NCBI GenBank assembly: GCA_002269645.1
Contig: NIVC01001960.1
Location: 1-64,000, forward strand
Direction of reading: 5' to 3'
Source: Macrostomum lignano
Lineage: Eukaryota
Length of the DNA stretch: 64,000 bases
The notes beneath the pieces are model-generated. The model was given only the letters and a program-made list of their open reading frames with translations, had not been told where the DNA came from and ran no database searches. The position numbers and the translations under genes were made by a program. The first letter of the stretch is position 1. Each line of letters starts with the position of its first letter. This document shows, one piece after another, positions 22,001 through 32,000 of the stretch.

Positions 22001-24395
22001 GACTTTCTCTCCCGATATTCACTGAACCCAGTGACTTTCTCTCCCGATATTCACTGAACCCAGTGACTTTCTCTCCCGATATTCACTGAACCCAGTGACT
22101 TTCTATTCAGGCAACATAGCGACGCGAACCCTTCACAGCCTCATCTCTTAACTGACACTTTTTAGTACCGATTTTGGCGCAAAAACCGCCAAACGAACGG
22201 TGGCCACCCGTCTCAAAGCCGGGTGTGCAGAGGCGTCGACCTCAACAGAAACTATGGCTACAAGTGCGTCTGGTTTGTTGACAGATTTTTTATTCAGTCA
22301 CGTGATATTAGCCCTTCAATCAGACGTTTCTGATTGGAATCGGAAACTAAATTCTGTTGATTTTTATCTAGCTATACTATAAGTAGTGCACGCAGCGTAG
22401 TATTTTTATTATTTTATTTGTGCTAAAATAGACTCTGATAGAGATGATCCCTATAGATGTACAGATGACCCATATAGATGTACAGATGACCCATATAGAT
22501 GTACAGATAACCCATATAGATGTACAGATGACCCATATAGATGTACAGATAACCCATATAGATGAAGAAATGACCCATATAGATATTGAGATGCAGAAGT
22601 ACGGCAGACCCATGCAGATGTACAGCTGACCCATGCAGATGTACAGCTGACCCATGCAGATGTACTGCTGACCCATGCAGATGTACAGCTGACCCATGCA
22701 GATGTACAGCTGACCCATGCAGATGTACAGCTGACCCATGCAGATGTACAGCTGACCCATGCAGATAATCCCCAAGCCTACAAAACACCACTCGCAGGTG
22801 GGGCGGCTCGGGCAGCTCAAGCGACCCCTGCCAGGATAATTACCGAGGCGCCGGGCCATTCTCTGCCATGGAGTCGGCCGCCGTGAAGAGATTCGTCGAG
22901 CAGGAGAACTCCGACAAGAAGATCTTGCTGTTCCTGTCCTACCATTCATACGGCCAGTACGTGCTGATGCCATTCGGCTTCAAGAGGGGCGCCTACCCGC
23001 GGCCTGCGCTCAGCGCTGGCAAGATGGTGAGTTCCGTAGGTTCTATATCAATCTACAGATCTACCAGGGTATATCAATCTACAGATCTATATCAATCTAC
23101 AGATCTATATCAATCTACAGATCTATATCAATCTACAGATCTATATCAATCTACAGATCTATATCAATCTACAGATCTATATCAATCTACAGATCTATAT
23201 CAATCTACAGATCTATATCAATCTACAGATCTATATCAATCTACAGATCTATATCAATCTACAGATCTATATCAATCTACAGATCTATATCAATCTACAG
23301 ATCTATATCAATCTACAGATCTATATCAATCTACAGATCTATATCAATCTACAGATCTATATCAATCTACAGATCTATATCAATCTACAGATCTATATCA
23401 ATCTGCAGATCAATAGGAATCTACGTCAAATTCAAAGCCCGGGTTAATCCACCAAAAATCCGGACTCAAATTCCGCAGAGCTGCGTGGCCTTCTTCGGCA
23501 GCCGGGAGATGTTCTCAACAAACCATCGATTTTACATTCACGGAACCAGCGCCGATGTCTTGTGTGAGTTGCTGCTGCATTGGGAGAATTAGGGATAAAG
23601 GGATAAAGACGGGAGATAAACAGACAGACGGGAGATAAACCAGACAGACGGGAGATAAACCAGACAGACGGGAGATAAACCAGACAGACGGGAGATAAAC
23701 CAGGCAGACGGGAGATAAACCAGGCAGACGGGAGAAAAACCAGGCAGACGGGAGATAAACAGACAGACGGGAGATAAACCAGACAGACGGGAGATAAACC
23801 AGACAGACGGGAGATAAACCAGACAGACGGGAGATAAACCAGGCAGACGGGAGATAAACCAGGCAGACGGGAGAAAAACCAGGCAGACGGGAGATAAACA
23901 GACAGACGGGAGATAAACCAGACAGACGGGAGATAAACCAGGCAGATGGGAGATAAACCAGGCAGACGGGAGATAAACCAGGCAGACGGGAGATAAACCA
24001 GGCAGACGGGAAATAAACCAGGCAGACGGGAGATAAACCAGGCAGACGGGAGATAAACCAGGCAGACGGGAGATAAACCAGGCAGACGGGAGATAAACCA
24101 GGCAGACGGGAGATAAACCAGACAGACGGGAAACAAACGCGCCCCTGCAGACGAGGCCAGCGGCGGCTCAGATGACTGGGCTCACGGCTCGCTCGAAGTC
24201 CCGTATTCGCTGACCGTCGAGCTGCCAGACGACGGCGCCTACGGCTTCCTGCTGCCGCCTGCCTACATTCGCAACGTTGGCAGCGAGGCGGTGCGGGGCC
24301 TGCTGGCGATGCTGCGCACAATTCACGACCTGGAGACGAACACGAATTTCTACAGGACCCGGTGCCTGGCCCACACCGCCGCATCCGACTATTAG
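19062..24395 (+). CDS. Secreted zinc metallocarboxypeptidase, M14A family, carboxypeptidase B-like; 10 exons: join(19062..19144,19234..19327,20008..20277,20718..20831,20971..21078,21540..21662,22166..22263,22798..23026,23479..23563,24151..24395), 482 aa
   Basis: Signal peptide MKICLLLIAAGLLICQTVQG followed by a prodomain. Catalytic motifs: WIDGGIHAREWISPA (H69/E72), NPDGYEYSH, FWRKNR (R127), GVDLNRN (N144/R145), SYHSYGQ (H196), LYEASGGSDDW (Y248, D255), TVEL (E270). All introns are GT-AG and phase-consistent (1449 nt). Confidence 0.92.
19328..19977. repeat. 12-bp repeat TGAGACAG(A/G)CAC, about 54 copies, carboxypeptidase intron 2
   Basis: Direct periodicity; begins at the splice donor GTGAGA. 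Confidence 0.97.
20293..20682. repeat. 23-bp minisatellite CTGCTGATTGAGGTGGCTGAGTA, about 17 copies, carboxypeptidase intron 3
   Basis: Direct periodicity. Confidence 0.96.
21157..21385 (+). mobile_element. tRNA-derived SINE (family B, copy 1) in intron 5 of the carboxypeptidase gene
   Basis: tRNA-like head with B-box GGTTCGAATCC (21211-21221). Body CACATTCATTTGGGGCT...AAGGCACAGAGAGTGTACATGCCTGACGAT...GCCGCTGTACAC is shared with the copies at 34.4-34.6 kb and 49.9-50.15 kb. Confidence 0.75.
21705..22112. repeat. 32-bp minisatellite AACCCAGTGACTTTCTCTCCCGATATTCACTG, about 13 copies, carboxypeptidase intron 6
   Basis: Direct periodicity. Confidence 0.95.
22432..22767. repeat. 21-bp minisatellite in two variants (ATGACCCATATAGATGTACAG / CTGACCCATGCAGATGTACAG), carboxypeptidase intron 7
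   Basis: Direct periodicity. Confidence 0.94.
23041..23412. repeat. 18-bp minisatellite ATCTATATCAATCTACAG, about 20 copies, carboxypeptidase intron 8
   Basis: Near-perfect periodicity. Confidence 0.97.
23605..24133. repeat. 20-bp minisatellite GGGAGATAAACCAG(G/A)CAGAC, about 26 copies, carboxypeptidase intron 9
   Basis: Direct periodicity. Confidence 0.96.
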
Positions 24396-24559
24396 CGGCT
24401 CCGGAGTGATTTAAGCAAACCTTACTCCAGCTGTAGAGATTACAAGTTTCCCTAAATTTCCCAGTCACTTTTAGTTAATCCCAAAGATATGATTACTGAA
24501 AGCCTTATGCAAGGGAAAAATTATAATTCTAATTTTTCCATGCAAGATCTGGTAGTTTT

Positions 24560-24795
24560 GTTGCTAGGCGATATGGTCATCACTTTGCTAAGCAACAAGT
24601 GTAATCACCGTGTTACTAAGCAACAAGTGTAATCACCGTGTTGCTAAGCAACAAGTGTAATCACCGTGTTGCTAAGCAACAAGTGTAATCACCGTGTTGC
24701 TAAGCAACAAAGTGTAATCACCGTGTTGCTAAGCAACAAGTGTAATCACCGTGTTGCTAAGCAACCAAATTTAATCACTGTGTTGCCAGACAGCC
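24560..24795. repeat. 28-bp minisatellite GTAATCACCGTGTTGCTAAGCAACAAGT, about 7 copies, each with an X-box-like palindrome
   Basis: Direct periodicity; core GTTGCT-A-AGCAAC. Confidence 0.93.
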
Positions 24796-25064
24796 TGTAA
24801 CTTTTACAGGTACCTTTTGCTATGGCTCTCAGCAGAAATTCAAATGTTTTAAGATTAGAAGTTTTTATATTTCTTACCTAGAAACAGAACAATTAAAGAA
24901 TTTCAAGCAATATACGTGTGCAACATAGTGCAAAAGAAATCTGTCAATCATTTTTCTTTGAGGATATTCGCTACATTTAACCGCAATAAAGCAATTATTA
25001 ATGAAGCTAACATTTTTTGGACCAATAGCTTTGCTTGGCTAAAAATGCATACTGTTCAATCTTG

Positions 25065-25858
25065 ATCACCCAGCTCACACCTGCATCACACAGCTCACAC
25101 CTGCATCATCACACAGCCCACACATGCATCATCACACAGCTCACACCTGTATCACACAGCTCACACCTTCATCACACAGCTCACACCTTCATCACACAGC
25201 TCACACCTTCATCACACAGCTCACACCTGCATCATCACACAGCCCACACATGCATCATCACACAGCTCACACATGCATCATCACACAGCTCACACCTGCA
25301 TCACACAGCTCACACCTGCATCACACAGCTCACACCTGTATCACACAGCTCACACCTGCATCACACAGCTCACACCTGTATCACACAGCTCACACCTGTA
25401 TCACACAGCTCACACCTTCATCACACAGCTCACACCTTCATCACACAGCTCACACCTGCATCATCACACAGCCCACACATGCATCATCACACAGCTCACA
25501 CATGCATCATCACACAGCTCACACCTGCATCACACAGCTCACACCTGTATCACACAGCTCACACCTGCATCACACAGCTCACACCTGTATCACACAGCTC
25601 ACACCTGTATCACACAGCTCACACCTGTATCACACAGCTCACACCTGTATCACACAGCTCAAACCTGTATCACACAGCTCACACCTGTATCACACAGCTC
25701 ACACCTGTATCACACAGCTCACACCTGCATCACACAGTTCACACCTGCATCACACAGCTCACACCTGTATCACCTAGCTCACACCTGCATCACACAGCTC
25801 ACACATGCATCATCACACAGCTCACACCTGTATCACACAGCTCACACCTGTATCATCA
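25065..25858. repeat. 20/23-bp minisatellite CACACAGCTCACACCTG(C/T)AT(CAT)
   Basis: Direct periodicity. Confidence 0.95.
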
Positions 25859-26361
25859 CCAGCTGTGGCCCAACAAGCACCGCAGTCTATAGCACAGATT
25901 CCAGATCATATACACGTACATCTTTCACCAGCTTTCTTCAAAAAAGCAAAAAACGCAGAGATTAGCTTGAAGTTGCTCAGTATGGACAAAATATTTTTGC
26001 GGCAAATATTTATTGTTCGTGCGGCAGAGTAACCCTTGCATGAAAAGATCAGAGAGCTTAACTTTAGAGATTTATAGAAAAACATCAGTTCGGTCTAAAC
26101 ACAGTCTAACATTACAAAGCAGACATGGAAATATATGGGAGATCCCGTGTAACCAATGGACTCGCAAACTCTGCTGCGTGTAGAGGGTAATAACAACAAG
26201 TAAATAATTGGTTTTAAGCATGTACGAGTGTGTAAATATTTTCATAAATATAGGCAAAAAGTGCTTGAGAACTCAGCACTCCCAAATTGTCAGCTGCTAT
26301 CTATGAGGAACACTCTGTTATTGGGCTAGCATTGTACTACTGGAAGTAGTAATAAGTCTAC

Positions 26362-27422
26362 TAGCTCCAGTGGTACTGTCACCCACACATCATAGGCTCC
26401 AGTGCTACTGTCACCCACACATCACAGGCTCCAGTGATACTGTCACCCACACATCACAGGCTCCAGTGTCACCCACAGATCACAGGCTCCAGTGCTACTG
26501 TCACCCACAGATCACAGGCTCCAGTGCTACTGTCACCCACACATCACAGGCTCCAGTGCTACTGTCACCCACAGATCACAGGCTCCAGTGCTACTGTCAC
26601 CCACAGATCACAGGCTCCAGTGCTACTGTCACCCACACATCACAGGCTCCAGTGCTACTGTCACCCACACATCACAGGCTCCAGTGCTACTGTCACCCAC
26701 ACATCACAGGCTCCAGTGCTACTGTCACCCACAGATCACAGGCTCCAGTGCTACTGTCACCCACAGATCGCAGGCTCCAGTGCTACTGTCACCCGCAGAT
26801 CACAGGCTCCAGTGCTACTGTCACCCACAGATCACAGGCTCCAGTGCTACTGTCACCCACAGATCACAGGCTCCAGTGCTACTGTCACCCACAGATCGCA
26901 GGCTCCAGTGCTACTGTCACCCGCAGATCACAGGCTCCAGTGCTACTGTCACCCACAGATCACAGGCTCCAGTGCTACTGTCACCCACAGATCACAGGCT
27001 CCAGTGCTACTGTCACCCACAGATCGCAGGCTCCAGTGCTACTGTCACCCACAGATCACAGGCTCCAGTGCTACTGTCACCCACAGATCACAGGCTCCAG
27101 TGCTACTGTCACCCACAGATCACAGGCTCCAGTGCTACTGTCACCCACAGATCACACAGGCTCCAGTGCTACTGTCACCCACTGATTGCAGGCTCCAGTG
27201 CTACTGTCACCCACAGATCACAGGCTCCAGTGCTACTGTCACCCACAGATCACAGGCTCCAGTGCTACTGTCACCCACAGATCGCAGGCTCCAGTGCTAC
27301 TGTCACCCACAGATCACACAGGCTCCAGTGCTACTGTCACCCACAGATCACAGGCTCCAGTGCTACTGTCACCCACAGATCACAGGCTCCAGTGCTACTG
27401 TCACCCACAGATCGCAGGCTCT
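26362..27422. repeat. 32-bp minisatellite CTCCAGTGCTACTGTCACCCACAGATCACAGG, about 33 copies
   Basis: Direct periodicity. Confidence 0.96.
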
Positions 27423-28131
27423 AGAACCAGAACATGCAGTTGAAATGTAAATACAAAATGACGGACGCTCTCTACAAAGAGGCTGCGATTTTCGAATAGA
27501 ATGAGGAGCATAAGCACATTGTTAGACAGAGAGGCAGCTACAAACCTTCAATAGGATTTGACGCCATTGCTATGAGCTCACAGAAATTCAAAGTAAAAAT
27601 TAATACCAGCTAGTTTATATGGTTATCGAGGAGAAAACGACTGTCTATGGCCAGCCGAACGCGCTTCGACGGCTACGTAACTTAAATCTGGTGCTTGCGT
27701 TTTCTTTCTTGTTATGACGCGATTCATAAGAGCAAAAGTGCAAAACTATTAAGCCAACGAAGGCATTGGCGGGAATATTGCATCGCGAGAGAGAGACCCA
27801 AGAACTGGAGTGGCGATGTTTGGTTTCGTCTTCACACCTTCCAATCCAAGTCGGCCTGATTGAAGAGGCAAAGCGGCCAAGTGCGTTCGATTTTCTTGCG
27901 TCCCCCACCCATCTAAACTGTCCAGAATGGGAGAAGTGATTGCAGGTGGCTGGGGCACGCATCTGGGCGTGAAGTTTTGCAAGAAAGATTCCCTACTAGC
28001 TGGGAAGAGGTTTTCACCCACAGTCAACACCTGTCCAGACGAAAGACAGCTTTCTGTATTCCGTATTATCAGATCTCTGCATCCATGGTACAAACCTTGT
28101 TGCTATGCGTGCGATCTGATCACACGCACAA

Positions 28132-29028
28132 CTCTCTCCTCTTTCTCTTTCTCTCTCTCTCTCCCTCTCTCCTCTCCTCCCTCTCTCTCCCTCTCTCCTC
28201 TCTCTCCCTCTCTCTCCCTCTCTCTCTCTCCCCTCTCTCTCCCTCTTTCTCTCCCTCTCTCCTCTCTCTCCCTCTCTCTCCCTCTCTCCTCTCTCTCCCT
28301 CTCTCCTCTCTCTCCCTCTCTCTCCCTCTCTCTCTCTCCCCCTCTCTCTCCCTCTTTCTCTTTCTCTCTTTTTCTCTCTCCCTCTTTCTCCCCCCTCTCT
28401 CTCCCTCTCTCCCTCTTTCTCTCTCCCTCTTTCTCTCTTTCTCTCTCCCTCTCTCTCCCTCTCTCCCCCCCTCTTTCTCTTTCTCTCTTTTTCTCTCTCC
28501 CTCTCCCTCTCTCTCCCTCTCCCTCTCTCTCCCTCTTTCTCTCCCTCTTTCTCTCCCTCTTTCTTTCTCTCCCCTTCTCCATCCCTCTCTCTCCCCCTCT
28601 CTCTCCCTCTCTCTCCCTCTCTCTCCCTCTTTCTCTCTCTCCCTCTCTCTCCCTCTCTCTCCCTCTCTCCCGATCTCTTTGTCCCTCTCTCTCTCCCTCT
28701 CTCTCCCTCTCTCTCCCTCTCTCTCCCTCTTTCTCTCTCTCCCTCTCTCTCCCTCTCTCTCCCTCTTTCTCTCTCTCCCTCTCTCTCCCTCTCTCTCCCT
28801 CTTTCTCTCTCCCTCTTTCTCTCTTTCTCTCTCCCTCTCTCTCTCTCTCTCTCTCCCTCTCTTTCTCTTTCTCTCTTTTTCTCTCTCCCTCTTTCTCTCT
28901 CTCCCTCTTTCTCTCTTCCTCTTTCTCTCTTTATCTTTCCCTTTCTCTCTCTCCCCTCTCTCTCCCTCACTCTTTCCCTCTTTCTCTCTCTCACTCTTTC
29001 TCTCCCCTCTCTCTCTCTTCGCCCTCCT
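28132..29028. repeat. About 0.9-kb pure polypyrimidine (CT/CCCT/CTTT) microsatellite tract just downstream of the stomatin stop codon
   Basis: Almost exclusively C/T on the plus strand. Confidence 0.96.
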
Positions 29029-29075
29029 CCCTAACCAAAGCAAACTAGCAATGCTTGGCTATCGCGTCAAAGACT

Positions 29076-32000
29076 TCACAGCCGCGGCCTGTGCATGAAG
29101 TTGGACAGAATCTCAATCGGCAGAGGGAATATGATGGTGGAATTCTTCTCGGCCGAGATCGTATTGAGAGTCTGCAGGTAGCGCAGCTGCAGCGCGAACG
29201 GCGACTCGTTGAGGACGTCGGCGGCCTCCTTCAGGGCGCGGGAGGCCTTCTGCTCGCCCTCAGCTGCGATCACCTGCGGAGTTGCGGCAGGTGTTGTTTG
29301 GGCACAGATTAGGGAATGGGCGATGGTGCTGATGGGAGCTTTAGGGGGTTGGTAAAACTGGATGGGAAGGTGACTGAGGGAGTTTGGAATCGCAAGACAC
29401 AGAGAGTGATAAAGAGGGAATCAGAGAGTGATAGAGCGGGAATCAGAGAGTGATAGAGCGGGAATCAGAGAGTGATAGAGAGGGAATCAGAGTGTGATAG
29501 AGAGGGAATCAGAGTGTGATAGAGAGGGAATCACAGAGTGATAGAGAGGGAATCAGAGAGTGATAGAGAGGGAACCAGAGAGTGATAGAGAGGGAATCAC
29601 AGAGTGATAGAGAGGGAATCACAGGGTGATAGAGCGGGAATCAGAGAGTGATAGAGAGGGAATCAGAGAGTCATAGAGAGGGGATCAGAGAGTGATAGAG
29701 AGGGAATCAGCGAGTGATAGAGAGGGAATCAGAGTGTGATAGAGTGGGAATCAGTGAGTGATAGAGAGGGAATCACAGAGTAATAGAGAGGGAATCACAG
29801 AGTGATAGAGAGGGAATCACAGGGTGATAGAGAGAGAATCAGAGAGTGATAGAGCGGGAATCAGAGAGTGATAGAGCGGGAATCAGAGTGTGATAGAGAG
29901 GGAATCAGAGAGTGATAGAGCGGGAATAAGAGAGTGATAGAGAGGGAATCACAGGGTGATAGAGAGGGAATCAGAGTGTGATAGAGCGGGAATCAGGGAG
30001 TGATAGAGCGGGAATCAGAGTGTGATAGAAGTAATCAGAGAGTGATAAAGAGGGAATCAGAGTGTGATAGAGCGGGAATCAGAGAGTGATAGAGAGGGAA
30101 ACAGAGGGTGATAGAGAGGGAATCAGAGAGTGATAGAGCGGGAATCAGAGAGTGATAGAGCGGGAATCAGAGAGTGATAGAGTGGAAATCAGAGAGTGAT
30201 AGAGAGGGAATCAGAGAGTGATAGAGAGGGAATCAGAGAGTGATAGAGCGGGAATCACAGAGTGATAGAGAGGGAATCAGGGAGTGATAGAGCGGGAATC
30301 AGAGATTGATAGAGTGGGAATCAGAGAGTGATAGAGAGGGAATCAGAGAGTGATAGAGAGGGAATCAGAGAGTGATAGAGTGGGAATCAGAGAGTGATAG
30401 AAAGGGAACTAGAGAGTGATAGAGTGGGAATCAGAGAGTGATAGAGTGGGAATCAGAGAGTGATAGAAAGGGAATCAGAGAGTGATAGAGAGGGAATCAG
30501 AGAGTGATAGAGAGGGAATCAGAGAGTGATAGAGAGGGAATCAGAGAGTGATAGAAAGGGAATCAGAGAGTGATAGAAAGGGAATCAGAGAGTGATAGAG
30601 CGGGAATCAGAGAGTGATAGAGCAGGAATCACAGAGTTACAGATTGGGAAAGTGAGTCAAAAGAACAGTTGAAGGGATGTTTCTGTCAAAATGGACTAAC
30701 TGCCGACATCCTGCACAGTATTCATTGAATTCTAGCCAAACAATTCCAGTTTGTTTAAACAAGCCGAAGTCGGCCTCCCTATTCACACATATTTGTCAAG
30801 TGCTGCTAGCTTGACAGCACTGCTGTCACTGCAGGAGAATTGAGCGCCAGACAGAAGCAGAGTGGCAGGAGATGTATTGAGGTATTGATAATCTACAAGA
30901 ATGCGCGCTCATACCGAGACTTCGTGCAAGGAAGTTTCCCACTCAGCCTTAGAAATTGATCAGCTTGGAACAGGACTTGGAACAGGAGAGGTTGGGGGAG
31001 AGAAACGGCGACTACTCAAGACGAGGAAGCGAGAACAAAAGTGAAGAGTTGGGAGTCTGTCTACTCCCCGCATGGAATGAACACTATTTCCCATATCCTT
31101 CTCCCCCCTCTCTCTCTCTCTCCTGATAGCAGGAAAGGAGCTGAAATGTTCCATTTCATCGGTTTTAGCATTAAGCATCTTGCAACCCCGACGACAGCTG
31201 TAAGCAAAGGGTCGCTCGTACAGTGCTCTACTTGACACAGAATGAGAGACTCTGTGCAACCCAAAGCTTGCTAAATCTTCTGTTGGCTTTCCAATAGGCA
31301 ACTGACCTTGGCTCTGGCCTCTCTGGCAGCCTCGGCTTCAGCCGCCATGGCTCGCTGAAGCTGCACCGGAAGTCGGACGTCCTTGCTGTAAAACACGGTG
31401 GTTCATGGGGGCTTTTAGACTGAGCGAAGGTGAGGATAAGAGAGGAGATGAAGCTGTGATTGGTCAGTGAAGGTGAGGAGAGGAGAGGAGATGAAGCTGC
31501 GATTGGTCAGTGAAGGTGAGGATAAGAGAGGAGATGAAGCTGTGATTGGTCAGTGAAGGTGGGGATAAGAGAGGAGATGAAGCTGTGATTGGTCAGTGAA
31601 GGTGAGGAGAGGAGAGGAGATGAAGCTGCGATTGGTCAGTGAAGGTGAGGATAAGAGAGGAGATGAAGCTGTGATTGGTCAGCGAAGGTGAGGATAAGAG
31701 AGGAGATGAAGCTGTGATTGGTCAGCGAAGGTGAGGATAAGAGAGGAGATGAAGCTGTGATTGGTCAGCGAAGGTGAGAATAAGAGAGGAGATGAAGCTG
31801 TGATTGGTCAGCGAAGGTGAGGATAAGAGAGGAGATGAAGCTGTGATTGGTCAGCGAAGGTGAGGATAAGAGAGGAGATGAAGCTGTGATTGGTCAGCGA
31901 AGGTGAGGATAAAAGAGAAGATGAAGCTGCGATTGGTCAGCGAAGGTGAGGATAAGAGAGGAGATGAAGCTGTGATTGGTCAGTGAAGGTGAGGAGAGGA

